Assembly: GCA_001662655.1 (NCBI GenBank)
Contig: KV460208.1
DNA: 64,000 bases
Source of the DNA: Pseudogymnoascus verrucosus
Taxonomy: Eukaryota
Strand: one strand, 5' to 3'
Position numbers and translations under genes: made by a program. Positions 49,605-63,643 of this stretch are shown here, in pieces (the stretch's first letter is position 1; every line of letters begins with the position of its first letter). The notes under the pieces were generated by a model. The model saw only the letters and a list, made by a program, of their open reading frames with translations, had not been told where the DNA came from and made no database searches.

Positions 49605-52600
49605 TTAAGTAATAGAAGAGAGCAGCTTTGCTACTGCGTCGTTCCCACTCCGTGTAGCCCATAAGAGCGGCGTATGGCCATCAATGTCTTTAGACTCTAG
49701 CTTAGCGCCCTTGTCAAGCAGAAGCCTCACTACTGCCTCATTCCCATACTCTGCAGCGAACGAGAGCGATGTCCGGCCACTGTCAGTTGTAGACTCTAGT
49801 TTGGCGTCCTTGTTAAGCAGCAGCTTCACTACTGCTTCGCGCCCAGTCCGTGTAGCCCATAAGAGCGGCGTGTAGCCATGAATGTCTGTAGACTCTAGCT
49901 TAGCGCCCTTGTCAAGCAGAAGCCTCACTACTGCCTCACGCCCATCCTCAGCAGCGTACGAGAGCGATGTCCGGCCACGGTCAGTTGTAGACTCTAGCTT
50001 GGCGCCCTTGTTAAGCAGTAGCTTCACTACTGCCTCACGCCCATACATTGAAGCCCACATGAGTGGCGTCAGGTTACTGTTACGTGTAGACTCTAGCTTG
50101 GCACCCTTGTCAAGCAGAAGCCTCACTACTGCCTCATGCCCATTCCGTGCGGCCCCTGAGAGCGCAGTCCGGTCATCGTCTGACCTAGACTCTATCCGAG
50201 CATCCTTATTAAGCAGCAGCTCCACTACTGCTTCATGCCCATTCTCTGCAGCCCACGAGAGCGGCGTTCGGCCAATGTTAGACTCAAACTCTAGGTTGGC
50301 ACCCTTGTTTAGTAGGAGCTTCACTACTTCTATGTGCCCATTTTGTGCGGCCCATAGGAGCGGCCTGTAGCCGCCGGAGTCCTCAGACTCTAGATTTGCG
50401 CCCTCATCAAGTAATAGTGCCACCACGGCAATGTGTCCATTTCCTGCAGCCCATGAGAGTGGCGTCCGCTCACCTCCGTCTTCGGCCTCTAGCTTAGCAC
50501 CTTTGTCAAGCAGCAGCTTCACTATTTCCTCATGCCCATTCTCTGCAGCAAACGACAGCGGCGTCTGTCCCACTCTGTCCTTTGAGTTGGTGTCGACAAT
50601 GTCAGAGTCGAGCAGCAACTTGAGGACGGCCTCTTGCCCATTCTCTGCAGCCCAAGAGAGCGGCGTCCGTCCCACTCCATTTTTTAAGTCTGCGTCGACA
50701 CTGCCGGAGTCGAGCAACAACTTTAATAGAGCCTCATGCCCGTCCCGCGCGGCTAGTGACAGTGGAGTCCAGTCATCTTTATCTGTTGCATTCATGTTTA
50801 TTGCATTGCCTTTACATAGCCTGCGCAGCAGGTCGTATATAATCGGCTCTTTCTCTGAAATGAAAAAGATATGCGGCAACCAATAGAGCTTTGCATAAGA
50901 GTAAAAAGGAAATTCATCCATCGGCTGAGAACGGAAAAGCTTGGTTGTTTCCGCAAGAGTCTTTCCAATGTCAAAGCCAGGTTTCTTCTTAGAATTTAAG
51001 AGCTTTAATGTGAGACTTTTAACGATGCTTGGTAAGTCGGGCGCTGAACGTATAATTTGGGACGGTGCTGATGCAGTCATTATTTGGGGGACTACCGTAG
51101 TAGATACCTGGGTTGAAAAAACGCCGTAATTGAGGTATGTAACAATGATACTTGCCATTGCCCTGTTTGCGCTATCGACTGTGATTTTTCTGTTAGCTGA
51201 GTCTTCAAACCCACTCAGAAGGAATTGCTTGACGCTATGGTGCACGAGCCGTATAGTTCTCTCCTCTTCATCAATAGTAAGGAGGCCCCCGCAGCAGGTT
51301 AATATAAAATTCACGTCATTGAGACGCCTTGACCAGTTCCAGACAGGATCACCAGGGTCTACACTCAAGGCGTCTCTAAGTTCTTCCGCTGTTAAGGGAC
51401 GGCGAGCTATAGTTACAAGCTCTAATATCCGTCTTTGATAAGCCTTTCCAGATCCTTCTGATTTCCGCAAAATACGAGAAAACGTTTCTGAAAGATCCTT
51501 AGGAAGGTTTATTAGAGCCTGGCGAATGGCATCATCTGTTTTCATGTCGCACAAGGATATGATTTGCAGAGCTACCCAGAGAAACATTCCGTGGGATCGT
51601 TCAAGGAGAAAGTCTCGTATTTCCAGTATAAGCGAGGGATCTCCTATCACCAATCGGTTGGACTCTATGTGGCTCTCTAGTTCTGCTGATATGAACGAAG
51701 TAATATCGGGGTTATCACTGGGAATTGATATGACCTGGGCGGCAATGAACCGTTCTAGGCTGAGTTTCAAAACATTGCCGGGATCGAGTCTAACTGATAG
51801 ACATAAAACCAGTGGAAATATCCCCTGGAGCTTGCGGAGTTGTAGAACCAATATTTCTCTTTCGGCAGAGTCACACTCATCTAACCCGTCAAGGACGAAG
51901 TATGCTCTAGAATTCGGTGCAATGGCGCGTTGGAGTAAACTGAACATCATTTCGAAATCTAGAGCAAAAGTAGCAGTCCTGTCGATGAATCCCGCCACCG
52001 TTGCGAGATCTGCTATCGGGCGTAGCAGTTGTCGGGCCAGAGAACCAATGACTGTCCGCGCTTTCAGACTTTCTAGAATGTCGTACCGGCAAAAGAAGTA
52101 CGAAACCGTAATATTCTTATTTCGACTATCAAGATGTAGATCGTCAATTAGGTTGGCTAGCAAAACGGATTTTCCGGATCCTAGCCCACCTGTATATATA
52201 AGTGTACAGGAGGTATCTTGTCCTTTCCAGTCCTTGTATTCGTCAATTAGGTTGAATAGAGTTGTATTTCCAATCTTTCGAGTCTGCTTCCAAGTCGTCT
52301 CGTAATCATATGTAGAGCAGGAATCGAGGATCCGTAAGCTTGCCTTCAACTTTTGCTCGCGTGATATAGATTTAGAGATCTTGTTAGAAAAAGCTCTAAA
52401 TATAGAGTTGTCTTGGGCTTCCCCCTCAATCGTTTTAGCCATCAGAAGGCTCATTTCCTCTTTAATCGCATTCGCCCAATGGCCAAGTTCTGACTGGTAT
52501 GTTTTCGTGTCTAAATCACTTAGACTAGATGCAAATTGCCCCAAGGCAGACTTCTGCGTGAACTTTAACAATCGATGGCAAAGATTAACCACTACAACGA

Positions 52601-53136
52601 AATATTCAGGCAGGTATGACTGTAGATTCTTTGACTGGGGGTATAGCAAGGCTATCATTTGGTAACGGGGAGCCGATTGACCGGCAGTCATAAGAAGAGT
52701 CGATAGCTTTTCTAGATAGGAAGAGAAGTTTGCAATTAACTACGAATATGTCAGTAGAACGTAGCTAAGGGGCTCAAGGGATACTGACAAGCAATGACAT
52801 TCGCACCAACGACCAGACACTGCATGCTATTATATTCTGGGACCCGCCTAGTATGATATCACCAAGCGCAGCAAATTGTTGAACGGCTTGCAGGAAATTG
52901 GTCATCCGCGGCCCAAAACAACGCCCGCGGCTACTCTTATTAGAAGCGCAATAGTCAACCTCGGCCGTGAGTCGCATGACATCGCTAGGACCTGGAGGGG
53001 AATTTTGCCATTGAGATCTGTAGTTACGAAACGCAACTTTCTGTTCACTCGAGAGGTCCGCTTCAAACTGCGAAACGGCTTGCGCTAGACGAAGTTCGGG
53101 CTTCAGTCGTGAAGCATTTGATAATATGATAGACAT
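49605..53136 (-). CDS. NACHT-NTPase plus ankyrin-repeat protein (fungal NLR-like); intron 52788-52740
   Basis: P-loop GGLGSGKS, YFFC, Walker B FVLDGLDEC, GMFLWV and winged-helix RLVHHSVKQFL, followed by 12 ankyrin repeats. Confidence 0.93.
49620..50770 (-). repeat. Ankyrin repeat array, 12 units, 99-nt period over the C-terminal units
   Basis: gactcta recurs at 49693, 49792, 49891, 49990, 50089 and 50188. Confidence 0.92.
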
Positions 53137-54324
53137 GGTAGTGACATCCTAAAGGACAACAGGTAACGGCCTACATCAAGCAAAACTATATGCATTCCAA
53201 AGATAACTGTGTTGGAAGATATATGCTAAGTAGTGGTTATTTTGAGATACACTGACACAAGGCGCTATGTGTGTTCCATGCACATCCATGACGAGGCTGG
53301 GCAGCGCGTAGTGAAACCGTTTCTAACATTTAGGCTGCAATACTGTTTTAGCGATATTACCAGTCTCTTAGAACCAACCGACTTCAGTAAGGTATATACA
53401 AGGCCCCATACAAGGTCCCTGTCAATTGCGGTAGAACAAAATGTTGGCGCGTACAGAAGTATTGTGAGAGGTCGTATATTCAACAAACTCCACAACTCCG
53501 GTGCGGGCCGTTAAGCGTAGTCGTCGGCAGTAGCGTGTGTTCATGGGTTGCAAATGGTAGGAATTTAAGGCCCAATGCGATCATATTCTCGTAGAGTTAC
53601 CTTAGCACTCTTTCATTCTATTTATATTCCCCAACAATGTCCTCTATACTCTTCAAGAGCTGCACCTCTTATGTTCAACTTCTTATGTAAAGATTTTGAA
53701 ATGCTGAGGATACGAAAGGTGCCATCTAAGCGCTGAACTGGATATTGCTGTTGCTGTTATTGCTGGCGGTGTTTGTATTGGATAGACACACCCTGTTAAG
53801 CTGTGCATTGTTACACATCGATGGGTCCCAGTAAGCAATCAGGTTGCATGGGAAAACCATGTAGGCTAGGGGAAAATCCGAAAGCAACCAGCAGACACAA
53901 GCACGGCACAAAGACCATCTCCAGTCCCTAAAATAGTCGGCAAATTTAAGATAAATATAATCTATCTCCACCGACACGACAGTAACAAACCTCCCCTTCC
54001 CCACAAATCACTCCTAAAAATCCTCCAATCCGCCAGTTTACCGTCCCCAACAGATAGTATTACAATTACAAAAGATATAAGCTTTCTGCCCAGCCCCCCG
54101 CAACCTCCCTGCCAACCCAGTCCCGACGCGTAACTGGTCGAACCGACCTGACAGGGACGCGGAGTCAGGAGACGAGGTGAGCGAAGCAGAGTGTGGTATC
54201 GCCGCCGACAGGAAACGCTAGACAATATGGATGCAAATGAAGCGCGCGCATGACATGGGAAAAGAAAGGATGACCGTGACAATTTCGTTTATGGTGAGCG
54301 TGTGCTGTACGTGTGCTGGAGCGG

Positions 54325-55055
54325 TTACGTCTTGACCGTGCCTGCTGGCGGTGTCTTGATGTTGTTGGAGAGCCAGGCCTGGAGCGGGTTAGCGCGGTTG
54401 GGGGAAGAGGGAAAAGGGGGTCTTACGAGGCCTTCGAGGAGTCCCTCGCCGGTTGTGGCGCAACTTGGCACGACATACCAGATCGTGTCTTCCAGTTTCT
54501 CGAGCTTCAGGGCCTTGGTCACTTCCTGGGGTGTCATCGCTGGACGAAGGTTAGTCTTGTATCTGAAAGGAGCTGGGGTTGGAGGCTAAACGTACCGTCT
54601 TTGACATCTTGCTTGTTGGCGAAGACGAGCAGCAAGCTCTCCTTCATTTCACGTTCCCTGATAATGCGATTTAGTTCCAGGCTCGCCTCTTCTATCCGCT
54701 CGTGGTCTGAAGAGTCGATGACGAAGATCAATCCCTGAGTGCCTGTACCACAATGTTAGAATTTGCAGCTTTGAAGGCATCATCGCTATAACAGTGATGT
54801 CTTACCTGAATAGTAGTGTCTCCATAGGGGTCTAATCTTGTCTTGTCCTCCAACATCCCAGACATTGAACTTGACATTCTTGTATGTGACGGTCTCGACG
54901 TTGAACCCGACAGTTGGGATAGTCGTCACGTCTTGGTTGAGCTTCAGCTTGTATAGAATAGTGGTCTTCCCCGCAGCATCGAGTCCCAACATCAGGAGGC
55001 GCATCTCCTTCGATCCGAAGATCTTGCCCATCATCTTTGAAATCTGGCCGCCCAT
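54325..55055 (-). CDS. ARF6: ADP-ribosylation factor 6 (ArfB-like); 4 exons
   Basis: MG myristoylation start, [41 protein letters not shown] and SCAT. Confidence 0.95.
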
Positions 55056-56013
55056 GTTGGCGGTGGAGCGCGTGCGTGAGAGTCAGGTAGACGGTCTTTC
55101 GTTGGTTCTTCGTATGCTTCAATTGCAAGGCTGAGATGCACAGATGCACAGATGTCGGTGAGAGCTGAGAGAGTCGAGTAAGAGCGGGGTTGGTGCGCAA
55201 GTTGATTAGGGGAATGCGATGCGAAACACGAAATTCGAGAGGGTCGCGTGTAGGTCAGGGGAGTGTTTATCTGGGCGCGAGGTCGCGGAATTGATCGTAC
55301 CACCAACGTAAATAGAGGACAGCTTGGTGAAAAGAGCTTTAAGGAGGACTCAGTAAATTTGCGCAGGAAGTTTGCATTCGCAAGTAAATTATTTCAATCT
55401 CCAGAGTGTGGACACACACGCGATAGCCGCTCAATGTCTCTCGGCAGTCGTCAGGGGGGGGTTGGAGGAGTTTCCACAACCCTTAATTTCCCCTTGGGGT
55501 TCACTAGCCACATTGCGCCGAACTTGACGGGTATGGGATGTCATGTGATGGAAAACGGGGTTCAATTGGGGACTAGTGCACCGCCACACCCCGCCACAAC
55601 CCCCACGTTTGTTTCTCGCTTATATCACCTCACGATTCCACAAAACGTGACTATTCACGTGGATTATCAATCACGTGAAATGTGACTCTACCACTAATCA
55701 ATGCTGATTGCTGATTTGTACTCCACTTAGTCAGCTTTTCCGTCATCGCACGTGCACTACTCTGCTTATCGATTGATTACGGAGGATAAGGCATATTTTG
55801 CCTAGGCCCTTAGAAAGTGCGGGACAAGCGACCTCGGGCTTGCCGGCCCATCATCAATAATCCCGGACGTCAACTTATCCCCTCACTTCTCCAAATACAT
55901 ATACCGAACCACGCTCTATATACTCATTCTACGACTCAAAACTACCGGCTACCGTGCAATTGCTACCGCCATTGCCATTGTGCTGTACAGCTTAAAGCCG
56001 CGAATGCGCCGTT

Positions 56014-57186
56014 ATGGCTGAGGGACACGACCAAGCACGCGAGCACGACTCACACCTTCCCCCCTTCTACTCGCCCCGCCTCAACCCTTCCGCCCCTCAT
56101 AATGTCCCCGAACACGACCTCAAAACGCAAGGACGCGCACACCCCGAAAGACCACAAGCCTCCGCTCTCCCATCATATCTGAGCCTCTCCTCCTCCGAGG
56201 GAGAAGCCCTCCCCGGCCTCGTCAGCCCCGCATTCACTCCACCGGCAACCCCAGGGACTGCCACACCCGCCCAAAACCGCGAAGCTGCATCCGTACCCGT
56301 CGACAGCAGCATTCCAGATGGCGGATGCGGCTCCAAGAAGCCGCGCCTACTCGAGGTCCTCCCCGAGGTGACATGCGTGGTGCGCGCACGCATCCCCACT
56401 ACTACCGGCACAGAGATGTTCCTGCATCTGTACACCAACAACGTCGACCAGAAGGAACATCTTGCCATTGTCTTTGGCAACACCATTCGCAGTAGCAGCC
56501 TCGACGCTGTGCGTTCCGGAGAGACGGAGATGGATCGCATGATCCGTGGTGCCTACACAGGGCGCCTGTACCCCGGACGAACGACGAGCCAGCTCCCTGG
56601 CTCGCAAGCGGAGGCCGCCAAGAGTGACACCCCGCTCGTGAGGATACACTCTGAGTGCTACACAGGCGAGACGGCGTGGAGTGCACGCTGCGACTGTGGC
56701 GAGCAGCTAGATGAGGCGGCACGGCTGATGGCACTGCCAGGGTCGAGTGGCGGGGTTATAGTGTACCTGCGGCAGGAGGGCCGCGGGATCGGACTTGGCG
56801 AGAAATTGAAGGCGTATAATTTGCAAGATCTGGGAAGTGATACAGTGGAGGCAAATATTCTGCTAAGGCATCCAGCCGATGCTAGGAGCTATGGGCTGGC
56901 GACGGCGATGTTGCAGGATTTGGGGCAGAGTGAGATTAGGCTGTTGACGAATAATCCTGATAAGGTGCGTGCGGTTGAAGGGCCCAATAGGGAGGTTGTG
57001 GTGAAGGAGCGTGTGGCAATGGTGCCATTAGCGTGGAGGGGCAAGGGAGGAATTAAGAGTGCTGAAGTCGGAGAGTATTTGAGAACGAAGGTAAGACATT
57101 TCCCTGATAAATTTGCATCATGAGCCTTGCTAACGACAACACAGATTGAGAAGATGGGCCACATGTTAAGCATGGAGACTGCATGA
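56014..57186 (+). CDS. RIB1: GTP cyclohydrolase II (riboflavin biosynthesis); intron 57091-57144
   Basis: [39 protein letters not shown] and YLRTK|IEKMGH. Confidence 0.96.
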
Positions 57187-57640
57187 TAATCGCTCCCAAC
57201 CGATACCAGCTCCACCTGCCCACAGATTTCGACTCTGATTATCTACCTAACACAAACTACTACCTACTTCCAGAGCACACTCTCCGCAAAAAATCGACAC
57301 CATATACAACATTACTATATTAACGCGCAAGCGACTCAGAGCACTGCACCAGACAAAAAAAGTCCAACGCATTTCTCACATGATATATTACGCCCTGCAG
57401 GGTGGCGGCACGGCGTTTTGTGTATCTACTTGAAGGGCGTGGGGAATGCATATAACGGATAGAACCAATGTTGCGTCTGGATAAGCGACTAAAAAATCAA
57501 AGAGACAATTTTTAGATCATTATATTTATACCACAATCTGGCTTTTCTTTTCATTTATTGTATGAATTTTGTTAGGTCATCTCTCTCTATCAAGGTCGCT
57601 GCGTTGCATTCGTTTTACGAAGCAAGAAAACAAAACTAGT

Positions 57641-59060
57641 CTATAACTTCTCCTTCTCGTTGTGCGATGCCTCCTCCGCGTTACTCTCCAACTCACAGAA
57701 GGCCTTGAAGCACGTAAACTCCTCCTCCCCATTATTCTCCAACACCAATTCCGCCGTCGCGCCGACAAAATACACATATCCTTCCTTGATCTCCTCAATT
57801 GTCGGCCCAACCCCGATGTACCCGCTCCCCTTCGTGCACAGCACAATACTCGGCCCCGCAATCGCCTCAAACGTCGCCTTCGCGCCTTTGCGCCTCAAAT
57901 CCGCCTTAACGACACTAAACTCGTCGATCGGGGGGTTATAAAGCGTCGCCTGGCTCGACGACGTGTACGCGGTGCTATTGAGCGTCGCGTACGCGTAGTC
58001 CTGCGGCTCCATCTTCTGCTCCTCAATAGGCGCGTATGAGTACGTCAGCATATCGACGAGGGTAGGCACATCCTTGAACTTGGGCGTGAAGCCAGCGCGC
58101 ACGACGTTGTCAGAGGCTGCCATGCACTCGATGATGTCGCCGGAGAGGTAGGCGTGAATGTCATCAGCTTTGAGGAACATGGCTTCGCCCGGGGAAAGTT
58201 GGACATAGTTGAGGAAGAAGAAGACGAGGAGTCCGATGTCTTGCGGGAATTGGGAGTTGAGGCGTGCGACAAGACGGGCAAGGGTTTCACCGGAGGTGGA
58301 GGGAAGGCCGCCGGATGCGAAGGAGGCGCCTTCTGAGGAGGCGGATTGGACGATGGCATCGCAGGCTTTGGTGACGGCCTCGGGGCTGGAGTTCATCAGG
58401 GTTCCGAAGAGCTTCTGGAGAGCTTTCTTGTTTTGTGTTTCTGCGGCTGGCTCGGTGGAGGTGTCTTGGCCCTTGATGGCAGACTCGAATGCAGCAGCTT
58501 CGGAGTCTCCAACGATCTCTCTCAGAGCAGGGATGGTCTTCAGGAAGTGGGCAATCTCTGCCAGAGGCCTGAATCCACAGAGTCCATCGAATTCTGTGAT
58601 GGCAATGGTCATCTCCGGCTTGTGGTTGTCATCGGGATAGTTCTTGCTATCCCTCTTGTGCAGCACTTCGGCGAGCTTCTTGTGGGGGTGGGCTTGGATG
58701 CTCAATGCCTTTCCTACGGAGAGGACCTTGAAAAGGAAGGGCAACTTGTTTCCAAATCGCTCAGCAATATCTTTGGAGAGAAGGGCTTGGTTGTCCTGGA
58801 CGAGGTCGAGCAGGGTTCGTTGGGTGGTGAGATCCTTCGAAGGGTTGGAGGGATGAGTTCCCATCCATAGCTATTGGGGCATTAGCATACATTATGAAAA
58901 AGGTACCAGATATTTAAACCTCTGCGTATGGCTTCTCCTCCTGAATCGAAAAATCCGATGGCGTGGCAGCAGCGAACTTGGCCGCAGCAGAGTCGTTGCC
59001 AACCTTACCCCAATCGTAGCTATTTACCCCGCATTGGAGGCGGATCAAGGGAACCTGCAT
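57641..59060 (-). CDS. PMI40: Mannose-6-phosphate isomerase (type I); one intron near the 5' end
   Basis: [50 protein letters not shown] and [12 protein letters not shown]. Confidence 0.97.
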
Positions 59061-59380
59061 TATCGCAGATGACGGTTTATCAGTTTTGTTGCGATGTTCA
59101 GCTTGAGACCTGCCAGATGACAGATTATAGGCAGGAAGAGGTGGGAACGTCATTTCAAGAGGGGCAATGTATGTATAGATAGTGCCTACGTAGGGGCGGG
59201 AAGTACATCAGCATACCCCCCACTTGAACAACCCAAGCTATTCTGCCTACCACCACCGCCTCTGTGACCAGAAACAAAGGTTTAGCGCAGCCTCCCCATA
59301 TCAAAGAGCTCCCTGGTCTCAATAAATAGCCTTCTACCCTCCTCCCTCAAACCAGCAATGTAAACGCCCACCCCGAAACC

Positions 59381-60126
59381 ATGTCTCGCAAACCCCCTCG
59401 CGGAGAGTATATCGAGACGGTACGTTCCCTCCCGCCTTCCACTTCGTCGTGTCTTCCCAATGCGCGCGACCCGGAGCACCTCCTTCCGTCGACCCACCTC
59501 GTCGTCACCGTAACTGACTTGGCTTCTTCTCACAGGACACGGGTAACAAAGTAAGCCGCAAGTCGCAGATCATCGGCACCCAGAATATCATCCTCGGCGG
59601 CAAATCCGTCATCCAGGCGGAAGTTATCATCCGCGGCGACTTGGTGCGCACGCTCGACGCGCCGGCTGGTGGGACAGAGAAGAAGGCGCCTGTGGTCGCG
59701 GTCGCGATTGGGCGGTACTGCTTCCTCAGTCGAGGATGCGTGTTGAAGCCACCTGGGCGGGTTATGAAGGGGTATGCGACTGCGTTTGTTGGCTGGATTT
59801 GGGGGATTAAGCTAACAAGATGGTTTAGGGTCTTTAGCTACCACCCTCTCAAGCTCTCGGATCACGTCTTCATTGGGCAGAACTCGATCGTGGAGGCGGC
59901 GATAGTGGGGAATAAGGTGCATATTGGGAAGGACTGTGTGATTGGCAAATTCGCGCTCATCAAGGACTGCGTTCGGATCCTGGATGGGACAGTTGTGCCG
60001 CCTGGCATGGTGATACCAAGTTTTTCGGTTGTGGCAGGGCGGCCGGGAAGGGTGGTCGGAGAAGTGCCCGAGGGAGGGGAAGAGGCGTTGGAGGGGAGAG
60101 AGATTTACAGGACTATCGTCAACTGA
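59381..60126 (+). CDS. DCTN5: Dynactin subunit p25 (left-handed beta-helix); 2 introns
   Basis: EYIET|DTGNKVSRKSQIIGTQNIILGGKS..IIRGDL, IGRYC and HVFIG..SIVEAA. Confidence 0.93.
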
Positions 60127-60582
60127 GAGGTTAGCTAGGACTGGGGGAGATGTGAAAGGAGGATGGAAGGCTTTGAGATACCCATTTGCTGCGTGATAAA
60201 GAATAAAGGAGATAATTAAATACGGAGAGCCGAAGAGCCAGGTGTACGCGTTATTACTTCTTAGGAGACAAAATCTAATATAGTCTGTCTAAAAGTATTG
60301 CTTCGCATGTCGCTACTCGTGCTGTCCAAAGTCTCCATAGGAACGGTACTGTACTGTACTGTGGATAGTTAAGGATCGATGCCAGCAGTTTTAGACAATA
60401 GTAATCATCTCTTGATCTGTATTTCCGAACAATTAATGTGACGATCATAGCCACAGTAATTGAATGCCTTTATTTTAATTATAGCTGCTATAACCTCTAC
60501 TTCTATCCACAGTCCCTCTTCAACCTTCTAGGCAGCACAGATAATCTAGCCTCGCTCTCTCGACATTGGCTCTCGCCATTAC

Positions 60583-61648
60583 TCAATACGCCTCCGCCTC
60601 TATAACGGTGGCATCATCAGCTGCAGGTGCTTCTCGGTACGCCAATTGCTTCATATGCCTGGCCTCTTCCACAGCCAGTGCAACTCCAGCTTTAATCCCG
60701 TCCACGACCCTCACCAGGCTTGCAGCTCGACGTCCGAGTTCTTCCACACATGCATCCTCAACCCACTTGTCCATGCCAGCCATGCCAGCACAGCCTAATA
60801 CTACAACAGCCACATCGCCATCCGCAACTAGCTGCCTTGTGGCCTTGACCACCCTCTCCCTCACTTCCTCTTGTGGAGTGGTGTGCAACTGCTCCGCAGT
60901 GAGCCCTGTGCTCGCCACTCCCTTGAACCTCGCCGATTGGGAAGTCTCGCTGGCTGGCAAACCGAGATAGTCGTTAACGCCTGCTGTAAGGATGGGTACC
61001 CATGCCGCGCCTGTCGTCACGATGCCGAATTTGGTGCCTGTGAACTTTCGTGCCGGGGGCTGCGGATCGGCAGTAGCTGGCAGGTCGACATACTCTTCTG
61101 GAACCGAAAGGGGGAGCATGCTGAGCGATAAACTGATGCTTGCTTCGAAAATGCCGATCACGGGTTTCCGATAGAGGGAAGGGTGGTTGCGGAGTACGGA
61201 AACGAGAGGATGAGGGCTGAAACAAGCAACGATGAAGGCATCCCTGGCGGCGAAGTAAGGAGTAGCTTGTGCGATATCATAGGATATGACCTTGGTGCTG
61301 GCGAGGGCATCTACCTCATTATCAATGCTGGTGGGGCCAGATGAGGCGGTAAAGGTTATGAGTTTGGTATGCTGATAAAATTAGCTACATCTATTTAATC
61401 AAGCGATGATATCGACTTGAGGAGAGTGAGAGGTAAAATAGTATGAATTTGGGACTGGAGAGAAGCTATCACTAGAGACGACATACCTCCGGAGGATAGG
61501 CTTGACCCTTGATTAGTTTGCCAATACCGACAGACATATCTCTATTTGAGTTTGGATTAATGACGAGGATTTGCACTTCTTTTGGTGGCTGCGGTAGAAG
61601 AAGGTCTGCAGGTCTCTTTGGAGAGAGACTTTCTGGTAGTGCGGCCAT
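60583..61648 (-). CDS. Asp/Glu/hydantoin racemase family protein (Dcg1-like); one intron; an alternative start at 61660 is possible
   Basis: ILVINPNSN, GPPSIDN, AFIVACFSPHPLV, GIFEAS and VVVLGCAGM (two catalytic Cys). Confidence 0.88.
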
Positions 61649-62288
61649 GTTCCTGTCCAAGGGGAGTTAGAACACAGCAGCATGTTAACAGCCAGCTTAC
61701 ATACCCTGAGATTTGTTTCGTTTTTGAACGTCAAGAAGTAGATGGAAGATATGCGGAGTTTATGATGTTTATGATGTTTCTGGGAGGAGAAAAATGTGGG
61801 AGGGAGGGGGATGAAGGGCGTTGAAGGGGCAAATGTGAAAAGTGGAAACCACGATGCGGCCGTGATTGAGGAATTGATAATTCGTATCGAGTCATCAGGA
61901 CGTAATTATCACGAGTGGGAGAAGAAGGATTGAGGAGCAGCTTAAAGTTTCTCTTAAGGACCTACTTTCCCATTGCTCCATACTACAGCATTATAATAGT
62001 CTGGAAGGCAATGGTATTTGACAATATAAATATTATCGCGTTGATATAAAGTTGTGATGTGGTTCTGGTTCAGTCGTGGCTGGCGAAAAGGTGGACGCTG
62101 TTGACAACTCGCACGTGACCTGTCCACCCCACCACCGCCGCAATCTATACGGTGCCCGCAGTTACCCCAGCCCAAGCCGCAACGTCACAGAAGCGATCGA
62201 AGCTCACTCTCTCACCCACTTCAGCCTACACCTCTTCTATTTCTGTGGCTGGCGCATCCAACATCTTGAGCTTCCACAAATCGCAATC

Positions 62289-63643
62289 ATGGCGGAGGCC
62301 CCTATTGGTACTTCTACTCTCCTCTGTACTGCTGCCAATCCCTCTTCTAACACTTTCCGTAGTCCTCGATGGCGGAACCGGCTTCCTCAAGGTTGGCTAC
62401 GCGGCCCAGGTAAGCTCTCTCTCCCTTCAGCACCACCACGAGTACAGCCCTGACAATGCATCTTAGAACTTCCCCGAATTCCAATACCCTTCTATCGTGG
62501 GACGACCGATCCTGCGTTCCGAAGAAAAGGGCGACCCCACCTCCGTAATTAAGGATATCATGTGCGGTGACGAAGCAGCGGCAGCGAGGACCATGTTACA
62601 GGTTTCATACCCAATGGAGAACGGCATTGTCAAGAAGTGGGATGATATGCAGCACCTATGGGATTATACTTTTTACGAGAAGATGAAGGTGGACACGACA
62701 GGGCGAAAGATCCTCCTGACAGAGCCACCTATGAACCCCCTCAAGAACAGAGAGCAGATGTGCGAAGTTATGTTTGAGCGATACCAGTTCGGCGGCGTAT
62801 ATGTTGCCATCCAGGCAGTTCTTGCTCTCTACGCACAAGGTTCGTCAAGCCCCGTTCCATTTCATTTCCCCATTCCCGCTGCCTAGCCCCTCTACTCACA
62901 CTCCTTCCCCAGGTCTCTCATCCGGTGTCGTTGTCGACTCTGGTGATGGTGTAACCCACATTGTCCCCGTCTACGAATCCACCGTCCTAAACCACCTCAC
63001 GCGCCGCCTCGACGTCGCCGGCCGCGACGTAACCCGCAACCTGATCTCCCTGCTCACCCGCCGCGGATACGCCCTCAACCGTACTGCCGACTTCGAGACA
63101 GCACGCCAGATCAAAGAGAAGCTCTGCTACGTCTCCTACGACCTGGAGCTAGACAAGAAGCTCTCCGAGGAAACCACCGTTCTGGTCGAGAGCTACACCC
63201 TCCCCGATGGCCGCGTCATCCGCGTCGGCAGCGAGCGCTTCGAGGCCGCAGAGTGCCTCTTCCAGCCCCATCTCGTCGATGTCGAGCAGCCCGGTATTGC
63301 CGAGTTCCTCTTCAACACCATCCAGGCCGCCGACGTCGACGTGCGCTCCTCCCTCTTCAAGGCCATCGTGCTCTCGGGAGGTAGCAGCATGTACCCCGGT
63401 CTACCATCGCGTCTCGAGAAGGAGCTCAAGCAGCTGTGGCTCACGCGCGTCCTGGGCGGGAACCCAGAGCGCCTCGGCAAGTTCAAGGTGCGCATTGAGG
63501 ACCCCCCGAGGAGGAGACACATGGTGTTCCTGGGAGGTGCGGTTCTGGCGAATATCATGGCGGATAAGGAGGCGATGTGGATTAGCAAGCAGGAGTGGGA
63601 GGAGCAGGGGACGCGGGCGCTGGAGAAGCTCGGACCGAGATAG
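62289..63643 (+). CDS. ARP2: Actin-related protein 2; 3 introns
   Basis: [40 protein letters not shown] and [19 protein letters not shown]. Confidence 0.97.
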
